DNA of 64,000 nt from assembly GCA_965206615.1 (NCBI GenBank), contig CBDBKI010000005.1, positions 2,387,318 to 2,451,317 of the forward strand, written 5' to 3'. Under the pieces are notes generated by a model, which searched no databases, was not told the DNA's origin, and saw nothing but the letters and a program-made list of their open reading frames with translations. Numbering within the stretch: position 1 is the stretch's first letter; each line of letters begins with the position of its first letter. This DNA comes from Candidatus Azotimanducaceae bacterium (GTDB lineage Bacteria; Pseudomonadota; Gammaproteobacteria; Pseudomonadales; Azotimanducaceae). Shown piece after piece: positions 17,981-27,427 of the stretch. The position numbers and the translations under genes are program-made.

Positions 17981-18846
17981 GCGCCGGCGCGCCGTTGCGC
18001 TACTGCGGGCGCGACTTCTCCGCCGCCGAGATCGACTGGCTCCGCGCGCTGATCGCGCGACGCCCGGCGTTGCGCCGCGCGGCCCTGTCGCGCGCCCTGT
18101 GCGAACGCCTCGGCTGGCGCAAGCCCGACGGCGGCCTGAAGGACATGAGCGCCCGCGTCGCCATGCTGCGCATGCACCGCGACGGCCTGATCGCGCTGCC
18201 GCCGCCGCGCAACCGCCCGCGCGCGATGCGGCCCCCCGCGCCGTCGCCCGAAACCGAGCCGCCCTTGTTAGCGCGCCTCGCCGAGGCGCTCCCGGCGCGC
18301 GTCGAACCCGTCGCCGGCGCCATCGAGAGCCGCCGCTGGAACGCCTTCGTCGAGCGCCACCACTATCTCGGCTACGCGCCGCTGCCCGGCGCCCAGCTGC
18401 GCTACTTCGCCCGCGCCGCCGACGGCCAACCCCTCGCCCTGTTCGGCTTCGGCGCCGCCGCCTGGAAGACCGCACCCCGCGACCGCTTCGTCGGCTGGAC
18501 CGACGAACACCGGCGCTGCAACCTGCCCCTCGTGGTCAACAACGCCCGCTTCCTCATCCTGCCCTGGATACGCATCCCCAACCTCGCCTCGCACCTCCTC
18601 GCCCAAGTCCAACGCCGGCTCCCCGACGACTGGCAGCGACGCTACGCCATACGCCCCGTCCTGCTGGAAACCTTCTGCGAAACCCCGCGCTTCGACGGCG
18701 CCGCCTACCGCAGCGCGAACTGGATCCTCGTCGGCAAAACCCAGGGCCGCGGCAAGCTCGACCGCCACCACGAGTTCGCCCGCCCGGTCAAGGACATCTA
18801 CCTCAAGCCGCTTCGCCACGACTGGAAAACCGTCTTGAACCAATAG
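17977..18846 (+). CDS. DUF4338 domain protein (DruA-like), IS cargo
   Basis: Its GTG overlaps the transposase stop (GTGA at 17977-17980). The protein reads YCGRDFSAAEIDWLRALI...LKDMSARVAMLRMHRDGLIALPPP...HHYLGY...NNARFLILPWIRIPNLASHLL...YRSANWILVGKTQGRG, which I recognise as the DUF4338 pattern. The 837-aa ORF in the track is a spurious upstream extension. Confidence 0.75.
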   Translation: MSAGAPLRYCGRDFSAAEIDWLRALIARRPALRRAALSRALCERLGWRKPDGGLKDMSARVAMLRMHRDGLIALPPPRNRPRAMRPPAPSPETEPPLLARLAEALPARVEPVAGAIESRRWNAFVERHHYLGYAPLPGAQLRYFARAADGQPLALFGFGAAAWKTAPRDRFVGWTDEHRRCNLPLVVNNARFLILPWIRIPNLASHLLAQVQRRLPDDWQRRYAIRPVLLETFCETPRFDGAAYRSANWILVGKTQGRGKLDRHHEFARPVKDIYLKPLRHDWKTVLNQ

Positions 18847-18868
18847 CGTCACACGGCTACCGAACGTG

Positions 18869-19666
18869 TCACCACGAACTGTTCCGCATGTAACGCCGAC
18901 CGCTACTTCGAGGAGTTCATCGCCTGTCCGTGTTGCGGAGGCACGCAGAAGATCGCAAGCACCGGCTACTACCGCTGCGGCGACTGCAAGGAGGAGTTCA
19001 CCGTGCGCACCGGGACGGTGTTCGGTCGGTCGCACGTTCCCCTCAACAAGTGGCTCTACGCCAACGTCGTCGTGACGGCGGCGTGGCAGCTTTCGTCACA
19101 CAGGCAATGCTCGCACGAGCATGCGGCGTGATCCGGCCGCTCGGGCATCGTGGAAGCCGCGAGACGTTCGTCGGCGGGAAGGCAACAAGCACCCGCACAA
19201 GAAACTCAACATGGGGCGCGGCACGGTCGGCAAGCAAGCCGTCCTCGGGTTGCGCGAGCGCGGCGGTAGGTCCATCGCCATGCCCATCGAAGGCACGTCC
19301 AAAGCCACGCTGCACCGCGAGATCGCCAAGCACGTCGAACCCGGTAGCGAACTCCACACCGACGAGCACTCGGGATACGACGACCTCCCCGCCTACATCC
19401 GCCGCCACGTCAAGCACGGCGCGGGCGAGTACGTCGGCGCGAACGACATCCACGTCAACAGCGTCGAGTCCATGTGGGCGGTCCTCAAGCGCGGCCTCTA
19501 CGGAACGTGGCACAAGGCGTCGGTGAAGCACCTGCACCGCTACGTCAACGAGGCGACGTTCAGGCTCAACGAGGGCAACGTCAGTATCCACACCCTTGAC
19601 CGGCTGGCCTCGTTCGCCAGGATGACGGTCGGAAAACGCATCACCTACGAACAGTTGACCGCATGA
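18869..19666 (+). pseudogene. IS1595 transposase of copy B (5' 20 nt at 16099-16118), riddled with small deletions
   Basis: It aligns to 1529-2455 of copy A. More than ten gaps of 1 to ~26 nt fall between 18869 and ~19165, which destroys the frame. From ~19165 on it is nearly identical to copy A (one L-to-P change seen in the translations). Confidence 0.85.
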
Positions 19667-20087
19667 CGAAGGAACGCAAGCCCCGGTCGCCCCACCCGCA
19701 ACTCGACGCGTTCACGCGACGTGTACTCGACTACCGCCCCTCGAAGGAAGGCGGCAAGTCCAAGAATCCGAAAGGGCGCTCGCAAAAACGCCATCAAGGT
19801 GCACCGGACCCAGGCGCGGGCCAGCATCGACGTGCCGGGGTCGGCGTTCACCGTGACCGCGGAACGGCATGAGAAGGCGAGCCGGAGCCGGTGGCTCGTG
19901 GACGGCGCGGAGGTCAAGACGTGGATGCTCAGCCGCCGCGCATTGGAACCGTTGTTCTTTCCGGTGGGGGCGGGGTGATGGACGAACAGCGGCTGCATGG
20001 CCTTTAACGGTTTGGGGGAGTCAAATATATAATTCCCTTTTTTTTGCTCAATGTCGATCGGCGACAGGGGCCCCGGGGGCTCTCCTT

Positions 20088-20164
20088 GGGGGGACGAGTT
20101 TGTCCCGTCCCGCGCCCAAGGCCTGCGTGGACTCGACGCGGGCGACGACAAGCGTCGCCCCTAC
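20088..20164. repeat. REP-like double-hairpin element, copy a (slightly degenerate)
   Basis: GGGACGAGTTTGTCCCGTCCC ... GGGCGACGACAAGCGTCGCCCCTAC. Same family as 41493, 52134, 54326, 56196 and 63904. Confidence 0.7.
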
Positions 20165-20241
20165 CACGTCCCGTCTCGAATCAGCGGCCGAGCCCGGCGG
20201 GACCAGGCGTTGTCCCGCTGGAGCCGGCCGAGGCCTCCGGG

Positions 20242-21309
20242 TCAGTCGTCCGAGGCGATGCGGCCGGCGCGAGCGAGCAACGCGGCGCCGGTCGCACACT
20301 CGATGATCGCGTCGCCCACGTCGACGAACCGATCGGGGTCCGAAACGCGCTGCAGGAGTTCGGAGAGCCGCGCGGCGGTCTCGGCATCGAACTTCCGCGC
20401 CGCCTGGCGGGAGAGCAGCGCGCGCTGGCGTTGCATCTCCTGCTCGATACCTTGCTCGACGCCTTGCTCGCGGCCCAGCTCGAAACCCTCTGCACGGCCT
20501 TCGCCACGGTGCTTCTCGGCCAGTTCGGCCCATTCCCGATCAAACATGTTTGCCATGGTCTGCAGTGCTCCCGAATCCGCCAGTTGCCGCCACGCTTCGA
20601 TCGACTCGGACGGTGCGTCGTCCCGCGTCGCCCAGTACGCGATCCACTGGGTGAACGTTCTGCGTAGCTCTTCGTCCTCCGGTCCCTGCAGCCGCTGGGC
20701 CAACCATCGCGCGACGGCGCCCGCTCGCGGCGCATGGTGCTTCAGAACGATCTGCGCGGCAGCCAGGTTGTCTGAGGGCAAATCGTCGGTCGTCGTGCCG
20801 ATCTCGTCAAGCAGCGCGTAGCGGTTGCTCGGCTGGAACCGGGCCAGGGGCGCATCGACCCGGGCGATCAGGTCGCTCACGTCCAGCGGCGCCGACCAGG
20901 GTGTCGCTCCGCCGTGGACGACGAACGGCAGGACGGGTGGCAAGGGCCCGTCGGCCTTGATGTCGCCGCGCTGGAGCAGGGCTTCGTAGGCGAGGCCCGT
21001 ATAGGTGAGGATGCGCAAGGCCATGAAGCGGTCGATACCCGACTGAAATTCGAGCAGTACCAGCACATACAGCCATTCGCCAGCCCGGTCGGCGCCGTCG
21101 CGCAGGCGCAGGCGCCACAAGGTGTCGCCATGGCGTCGCTGGAAGTCCCTGCCGACGTAGCTGGCCGGCAGCTCGTCGAGGGTTGCCAGGTCGAGTTGCG
21201 CGACCAGATCGTTCGGGAGGAAGCCGCGCAGCAGGTCGGCGACCATGCGCGGGTCCCGGTAGAAGCGCTTGGCGATGGCGTCGTGCGGGGACTGGGTAGG
21301 ACGTGCCAT
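20242..21309 (-). CDS. Rpn family recombination-promoting nuclease / putative transposase (YhgA-like, PD-(D/E)XK)
   Basis: 355 aa. The N-terminus PHDAIAKRFYRDPRMVADLLRGFLP...HGDTLWRL...EWLYVLVLLEFQS and the C-terminal repeat-rich tail are typical of Rpn proteins. Confidence 0.8.
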   Translation of the reverse strand: MARPTQSPHDAIAKRFYRDPRMVADLLRGFLPNDLVAQLDLATLDELPASYVGRDFQRRHGDTLWRLRLRDGADRAGEWLYVLVLLEFQSGIDRFMALRILTYTGLAYEALLQRGDIKADGPLPPVLPFVVHGGATPWSAPLDVSDLIARVDAPLARFQPSNRYALLDEIGTTTDDLPSDNLAAAQIVLKHHAPRAGAVARWLAQRLQGPEDEELRRTFTQWIAYWATRDDAPSESIEAWRQLADSGALQTMANMFDREWAELAEKHRGEGRAEGFELGREQGVEQGIEQEMQRQRALLSRQAARKFDAETAARLSELLQRVSDPDRFVDVGDAIIECATGAALLARAGRIASDD

Positions 21310-21503
21310 ACGGCGAGCCTAAGCCGCCGTGGGATGTTGCCGCGATGGGAGACAACGGCAATCCGTGTGCGAGTTCGCAGCTGCGCGCGACCGCCGTCGT
21401 CGTCAGATCAGATGCGCCGTCTCAGCCCATCGGGCGCGTCGAACGTGCGACGGTGCGAGCGATTGTACGGTGTCCGAATGCGTCGGACCGGGGTGTTGCG
21501 CCG

Positions 21504-24410
21504 TCACCGGCGCGCGCGCGGTGTCAGCGTGACGCTGCGCCGCTTACCGTCCCGCAGGAACACGACCTCGACCGGAACCTCCACCTTCACGTTGTCGAGC
21601 GCGTAGGTGTAGTCGTAGATGTTGGTGACCACCTGTCCCGCGAACTCGACGATCACGTCTCCCCCGCGCAGCCCGGCCTCCGCCGCGGGACCCCCGGCGA
21701 CCACGTTGCCGAGCAGCAGTCCCTCCACTTCGCTTGCGTAGTCCGGGACGGTGCCCGTGTACGCGCGTACGGTGTCGCGGCTTCCTCCGCGCCGGACCGA
21801 GGGTTCCACCCGGGCGAAGGCTGGCGGTTCCCCGCGGTTGGCCACCCGCCGTGCAAGCATTGCGGCAAAGCGGGAGACATCGGCCAGCCCCTCGTAGTCG
21901 AGCCGTTCCGGCGTGTCCGAGGGCCGATGGTAGTCCTCGTGGGCGCCGCTGAAGAGGTTGGCGGTGGGAATGCCGGCGTTGTAGAAGCTCGCGCTGTCCG
22001 TGGGCAGGTAGGGGTCGGCCTGCAGACCGATGTCGAGCCCGACCGGTACGTTGGCCGCCTCGATCAGGGCCGCCCAGTCCGGGCTCGAGCCGATGCCCTG
22101 TACGTTGAGCCGGTTCTCACGGACGCGACCCACCATGTCGAGGTTGATGTAGGCGGCGATCCTCGCGGCAGGAATCGACGCGTCGGCGACGAATCGGGAG
22201 GATCCGAGCAGGCCCAGTTCCTCGCCGGTCCAGAGCGCCAGCGCGACAGGCCCCTCGTGTCCCATCGCGCGAAGCTGCCGGCCCGCTTCCAGGACCGCGG
22301 CCACGCCTGAGGCGTTGTCGTCGGCCCCGGGATGCACGGCGCCGGTCTCGTTCTCGCGTGCGAGCGAGTTGCCGCCGCGGCCGTGCCCGAGGTGATCGTA
22401 GTGGGCACCGAGTACGACCCACGAGTGGTCGTCTTCCACCTCACTGTCGCCGGGCAACGCCGCGACCACGTTCCGTGCGCGGCGCCGCTCGCGTTCCAGG
22501 GCGACCGTCAGGGCAATGCGAACGCCCGGGAGGTCGAAGCCTGTCGCGTGGGGATTGCCGTCGTCGAAGGCCGCCTGGATCTCTTCGAGTGTCCGTCCGA
22601 CGCCGGCGAAGAGGGCGTCGGCCACGTCGCCGCCGATGCTCGTGGCGAGGATGCCGGAATCCGCGGCCGCCGTGTCGAACGCCATGGGAACGGTCGTACC
22701 GGCATTGGGCGACCTCGGCCCGGTCACCACGACCAGCCCGCGTGCCCCGGCCTCGCGCGCCGTCAGGGCCTTGTAGCGCAGACCGGAGTACCGGTTGAGC
22801 GTCGCCCGCAGGTCGCCCTCGGTGTCCTCGGGCACGTAGCGCAGGACCACGACGATTTTGTCCTCTACGTCGAGGGTCGCGTAGCTGTCGTATCCGAAGT
22901 CGGCCGAGTCCGGAACCCGGATGCCATAGCCCGCGAACACTGCCGGACCTTCCACCGAGCCCGAGTCGGCGAAGCCCAGTGCCTGGATGCGATCCGAGCC
23001 TTCGAACGTGTGGGCGCCCTCCGCGTTCTCGACCGTGATCGAGGATCCGGCGTCCCGGGTGCCGGCGGTGAATTCGAATTCGTGCAGGAAGTCGTCGGCG
23101 CCGGGCAAGGGGACGGCGCCGATGCGCGCGAGTTGATCCGCGATGTACTCGGCGGCCTGCCGTTCCCCGTCCGAGCCGGTCAGGCGGCCTTCGAGCTCCG
23201 GCGATGCCAGGGCGGTGACGTGCGCCTCGAGCGCCGGTAGCGGGTCGGGAAGCGGTAGGCTGTCCACAGGGGACGTAGCGCGCGCCGGCGCCGCTTCGAG
23301 GGCGGCCAGCGCGGCGCCGTGGTTCCAGTCGGCGATGTAGACCTGTCCGCCCTTGTCGCCGTGACGGTTCGAGGTCCAGGCCAGCCGGCCGCCGTCGGGA
23401 GAGGGGACGGGCAGCCCGTCGAAGCCGTCCGTGTAAGTGATCCGCACGGGTTCCCGGGTCCCCTCGGCATTGACGATGAACAGCTCGAAGTTGTCGAAGC
23501 CGAGCCTGTTGGAGGCGAAGAAGACGTACGCCCCGGAAGGGTGGGGGTAGGGCGCCCAGCTCATCGCGCCGAAGTCCGTGATCCGGCGCGGGTCGGAGCC
23601 GTCGGGATCCATCGACCAGAGGTCCGCGAGCAGGCCGTCCTCGGTGAAACGTCGCCACACGATGCGCGATCCGCCGGCGAAGAAGAACGGGCCACCGTCG
23701 TAGCCGGGTGCGTGGGTCAGCCGCTCGACGTCGCTGCCGTCGGCGCGCATCCGGTAGATCTCGCCGAACCAGGCGGGATCGACCTCGCGCAGCTTCGTTT
23801 CGCGGGCATCGAGCGGGCGCGCCCAAGCGTCGCGCGTGGAGGTGAACACGATCCACTCCCCGTCCGGCGAATAGCTGCCCTCGGCGTCGTAGCCGTGGGC
23901 GTGGGTCAGCCGGCGCGGCGCCTCGCGCCCGTCGGCCCCGGCGTCGGCGGGCGTGACGTAGAGCTCCATCTCCGGGTCGTAGTCCCAGGCATAGCGGCGT
24001 TCCCGGCCGGAAGCACGCAGCTCCATTTCCTCGCGCTGCAGCTCGGCGGAGCGAGGATCGTGGTGGGTCGAGGCGAAGAGGATCTCCCGGCCGTCCGGGT
24101 GGATGAAGGCGCAGGTCGTCTTGCCGACGCCGGTGGAGACTTCGTCGACGTCGCCCGTGTCGAGGTCGAGCAGGTAGATCTGGTAGAACGGATTTTCGGG
24201 CCGACGCTCGCTCTGGAACACGAGCCGCCTCCCGTCGGGCGAGAAATAGCCTTCGCCGGAGCGCCGGCCTTCGTAGATCAGGCGTCGGGTGCGATCGAGG
24301 AACGTGCTCTCGTCGAACGCGACCTCGCCGCCGAAGACCCGGGGGGACGGGAACGCCGCGACCGCCACGACGACGGCAAGAGCCGCCGCCTGGCGCAGGT
24401 CGCGTGCCAC
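21504..24410 (-). CDS. Secreted multidomain peptidase: TolB-like PD40 beta-propeller + M28 aminopeptidase + C-terminal PDZ
   Basis: PD40 repeats (YFSPDGRRLVFQS, SYSPDGEWIVFTS), an M28 zinc site (GAHYDHLGHG...GADDNASGVAAVLE) and a PDZ domain (GNVVAGGPAAEAGLRGGDVIVEF). The start is taken as GTG 24410 before the signal peptide ARDLRQAAALAVVVAVAAF. The track ORF extends to 24848 into the neighbouring gene. Confidence 0.8.
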   Translation of the reverse strand: MARDLRQAAALAVVVAVAAFPSPRVFGGEVAFDESTFLDRTRRLIYEGRRSGEGYFSPDGRRLVFQSERRPENPFYQIYLLDLDTGDVDEVSTGVGKTTCAFIHPDGREILFASTHHDPRSAELQREEMELRASGRERRYAWDYDPEMELYVTPADAGADGREAPRRLTHAHGYDAEGSYSPDGEWIVFTSTRDAWARPLDARETKLREVDPAWFGEIYRMRADGSDVERLTHAPGYDGGPFFFAGGSRIVWRRFTEDGLLADLWSMDPDGSDPRRITDFGAMSWAPYPHPSGAYVFFASNRLGFDNFELFIVNAEGTREPVRITYTDGFDGLPVPSPDGGRLAWTSNRHGDKGGQVYIADWNHGAALAALEAAPARATSPVDSLPLPDPLPALEAHVTALASPELEGRLTGSDGERQAAEYIADQLARIGAVPLPGADDFLHEFEFTAGTRDAGSSITVENAEGAHTFEGSDRIQALGFADSGSVEGPAVFAGYGIRVPDSADFGYDSYATLDVEDKIVVVLRYVPEDTEGDLRATLNRYSGLRYKALTAREAGARGLVVVTGPRSPNAGTTVPMAFDTAAADSGILATSIGGDVADALFAGVGRTLEEIQAAFDDGNPHATGFDLPGVRIALTVALERERRRARNVVAALPGDSEVEDDHSWVVLGAHYDHLGHGRGGNSLARENETGAVHPGADDNASGVAAVLEAGRQLRAMGHEGPVALALWTGEELGLLGSSRFVADASIPAARIAAYINLDMVGRVRENRLNVQGIGSSPDWAALIEAANVPVGLDIGLQADPYLPTDSASFYNAGIPTANLFSGAHEDYHRPSDTPERLDYEGLADVSRFAAMLARRVANRGEPPAFARVEPSVRRGGSRDTVRAYTGTVPDYASEVEGLLLGNVVAGGPAAEAGLRGGDVIVEFAGQVVTNIYDYTYALDNVKVEVPVEVVFLRDGKRRSVTLTPRARR

Positions 24411-24457
24411 AGACCGTTCGCAACGCCCCGGGGGGCGTTCCACGCTCTGCCGAGGGA

Positions 24458-25696
24458 TCAGCTCTGGATCGCCTGGGACGCGGGCCGCCCGGTCACCCCG
24501 GCGACCATGTCGCGGGCTTCGCGCGTGGACGCCTGCGTCGGCTTCAGCCGGGCCGCGAAGTTGTAGGGCTCGGTGTCGATCTCGGAGAGCTCCACTTCGC
24601 CGTTCAGCACCGCCGCCTTCCACGCCTCCTGCTCGGGATGGCGGGCGTGGAACTCGGGCATGACCTCCCGTGCGAACAGGTCGAGGCTCGAGCAGATGTC
24701 CGCGTGCGTGTTCTTGCCGGCCTGGTTCAGCAGGATGACCTGATCGACGTTCGCCCTCTCGAGTTCGAGCAGGCGCTTGCGGATCGTATCCGGGGAGCCG
24801 ATCAGTTCGCTGCCCGAGCGCTTCTGGCCGGCGGGGGTCTGCTTCCACTCCTGGTAGCGATCCCAGAAGTTGTTGGTGCCCGGTTCGAACGGTCCTTCCT
24901 TGTTGTAGAGCTGCAGGGCGAACTGGAAAAAGGTCCAGCCGTCAGCCATCTCCCAGGCCTGCTCGTCGGTCTCGGCGCACATGAAGCCGGAGACGACGGC
25001 GATGTTGGGGTTGGTCTGGTACTCGCAGAGCTTCTCCTGGTCATGGATGAACGTGTTGTAGTACGCGTGCACCCAGGCATTGGCGGCCTCCAGGTTCACG
25101 AACTTGAAGCACAGCGAGCCCATGCCGCGATGGGCGGCGTACTTGATCGTGTCGAGCTGGGAACACGCCACCCACAGCGGTGGATGCGGCTTCTGCAGGG
25201 GCTTCGGCACCACGGCGCGGTGCGGGAACTTGAAGAACTCGCCGTCGTACTCCCAGCCGTGGTTCCAGAACATGGGCAGCGTGCAGCGTACGGCGTCTTC
25301 CCAGATGTCGCGCTTGTCGCGGAAGCGCAGGTTGAACGGGTGCAGTTCGGTCACCGACGAGCCCTCGCCGAGCCCGAGTTCCACGCGCCCGTCCGAGACG
25401 AGGTCCAGCGTGGCGATCTTCTCGGCGACGCGGGCGGGGTGGTTGGTCGTCATCTGCACGATGCCGTGGCCGAGGCGGATGTTCTTCGTGCGCTGGCTTG
25501 CCGCGGCGAGGAACACTTCGGGGGCGGAGGAGTGGGAGTATTCCTCGAGGAAATGGTGTTCCACCTCCCAGGCGTAGTCGAACCCCAGCCTGTCCGCCAG
25601 TTCGATCTGGTCGAGAGAGTTTTTCAGCAGGCGATGCTCGCTGTTCTCGTCCCAGTCGCGCGGCAACTGGTGCTCATAGAAGATCCCGAATTTCAT
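24458..25696 (-). CDS. LLM-class (luciferase-like) flavin-dependent oxidoreductase
   Basis: MKFGIFYEHQLPR...GFDYAWEVEHHFLEEYSHSSAPEVFLAA...LGHGIV is a typical LLM N-terminus. 412 aa. Confidence 0.85.
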   Translation of the reverse strand: MKFGIFYEHQLPRDWDENSEHRLLKNSLDQIELADRLGFDYAWEVEHHFLEEYSHSSAPEVFLAAASQRTKNIRLGHGIVQMTTNHPARVAEKIATLDLVSDGRVELGLGEGSSVTELHPFNLRFRDKRDIWEDAVRCTLPMFWNHGWEYDGEFFKFPHRAVVPKPLQKPHPPLWVACSQLDTIKYAAHRGMGSLCFKFVNLEAANAWVHAYYNTFIHDQEKLCEYQTNPNIAVVSGFMCAETDEQAWEMADGWTFFQFALQLYNKEGPFEPGTNNFWDRYQEWKQTPAGQKRSGSELIGSPDTIRKRLLELERANVDQVILLNQAGKNTHADICSSLDLFAREVMPEFHARHPEQEAWKAAVLNGEVELSEIDTEPYNFAARLKPTQASTREARDMVAGVTGRPASQAIQS

Positions 25697-25792
25697 GTGC
25701 TCCTCCTCCCGGTGCTGCCGGGCATGGTGGCAGCAGGCCTGGTAAATCGCAAACGCGCCGGTCGCCCGCCGGGGGCGCCGGCGGCAGGGTCG

Positions 25793-26260
<468 letters not shown>

Positions 26261-26362
26261 GTAGCCTCCGGGGTTTGAAAACGCGTCATTTTCCAGACGC
26301 GGCAGATCGAATCAAGGCGAGTGGCGGCAGTCCTCGGGAGACGCGCGGGCCCGCGGGTGGCG

Positions 26363-27268
26363 CTACGCCCAGGGATTGCGCCCCGCTTGAATCATGTAGG
26401 CCATGTCGTCGGGCGGCGGCGTCTTGCCGTCGTCGAACGGGTAGGCACTGTTTGCACCGATCAGGCGCGCGAAATCTGTCGGGTGGCGATCGAGTATTTG
26501 CTTCGAGACCGTGGCTCGAAAGTCACGAATCTGTTTCATGTACACGCGCGTAAACACCATGATCAGGTTGAGTCTCAAACCGGCAGATTCCCGGGGATAG
26601 GAGCCGTGCCAGGTGGCGCCGTGCCAGACGATCAGGGACCCGGCCGGCGCCTCGACGGGGATGGCCTTGACCGGCGCGTCCTCGCGCAGGAAGTTGGATT
26701 CGTCGGGCGACGGATAGCGGGATTTCAAATGACTCTTCGGTACGATGGCCAGAGGTCCGTTACCTTTCTTGTACTCCGTCAACGCCCAGGTCACGTTGGC
26801 GACCTGCGAATAAGGTGGCAGCGGTGGCGGTGTACCGTGCTGATCGGTATGCAGCGGGTGCGTGATGCGTGCATCCTGCTGCTTCAGCACGCACAGCAGG
26901 TCACTCAACATCACGCTGTTGCCACATAGATACTTCGCCATGGCGACAACAGTGGGGTTCATGATCGCTTCCTGAAACACCGGGTCTTCGGTGAGGATCG
27001 CCCAATGCCCGTTCAGCGGCGTGTCCTGGCTGAGCTTGCTGGATGCGACGTCATCGAGACGGATCTGTTGACCGGAACGGCGTTCATGCACTTCAAGCGT
27101 CGCGGCAAGCAGACGTTGCTGGAACGCCTCCGGGGCGACCAGGTCCGGAGGAATCACGGTATATCCGTATTCGTCCAGATGACTCGTTTGCTCGATGAGT
27201 CCGAGCGTCTCGAGTTGCTCGTGGATCTTTCGGTATTCCGGCGAGTCCTTGTATTGTTCAAGGCTCAT
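26363..27268 (-). CDS. Phytanoyl-CoA dioxygenase (PhyH) family Fe(II)/2-oxoglutarate oxygenase
   Basis: Motifs PLHTDQHG...LIVWHGATWHGSYPR. The start at ATG 27268 is preceded by GGGAGG. The track ORF begins 9 codons earlier. Confidence 0.75.
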   Translation of the reverse strand: MSLEQYKDSPEYRKIHEQLETLGLIEQTSHLDEYGYTVIPPDLVAPEAFQQRLLAATLEVHERRSGQQIRLDDVASSKLSQDTPLNGHWAILTEDPVFQEAIMNPTVVAMAKYLCGNSVMLSDLLCVLKQQDARITHPLHTDQHGTPPPLPPYSQVANVTWALTEYKKGNGPLAIVPKSHLKSRYPSPDESNFLREDAPVKAIPVEAPAGSLIVWHGATWHGSYPRESAGLRLNLIMVFTRVYMKQIRDFRATVSKQILDRHPTDFARLIGANSAYPFDDGKTPPPDDMAYMIQAGRNPWA

Positions 27269-27427
27269 GGCGTCCTCCCTTCGTCTTCTTGCCACCTGTC
27301 AGGGGTTGTCCGAGGGCCCAGGACAGATCCTGATCGAGCCGCATGGTGGCACTTGTAGGCTCCCGTGTCGAAGGGCGTGGGCAATTGCGGGGCAAGGGCC
27401 GAAGCGCCGCCGGGACCATCGCAGCGC

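Larger units (their letters stand above)
16119..18868 (+). mobile_element. IS66-family-type element (transposase + DUF4338 gene; no tnpA/tnpB)
   Basis: The left end GTAAGCGTTCGGTAGCCGTGTGA (16119-16141) pairs with TCACACGGCTACCGAACG (18849-18866). GTAAGCG is the usual IS66 terminus. The right boundary is uncertain by a few nt and I found no clean TSD. Confidence 0.75.
16031..20037 (+). mobile_element. IS1595-family insertion sequence, copy B, disrupted by a nested IS66-type element
   Basis: The terminal repeats match copy A (16031-16052 and 20016-20037). The 8-bp TSD TTTTTTTT lies at 16023-16030 and 20038-20045. Colinearity with copy A breaks at 16118/16119 and resumes near 18869. Confidence 0.9.

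Noticed and set aside
17977-18846. Whether the DUF4338 gene marks a Druantia defence island.
   Set aside because: No large DruB-E-like or helicase genes are nearby. The gene lies inside IS66-type inverted repeats and is coupled to a transposase.
20044-20821. Plus-strand ORFs (207 and 256 aa) opposite the Rpn gene.
   Set aside because: They are antisense to a gene with clear Rpn-family similarity and have Ser/Arg/Ala-rich low-complexity translations.
24411-24848. Upstream 146 codons of the 1114-aa peptidase ORF.
   Set aside because: This stretch overlaps the 3' end of the LLM oxidoreductase gene and has an Arg/Pro-rich composition. A signal peptide follows the internal GTG at 24410.
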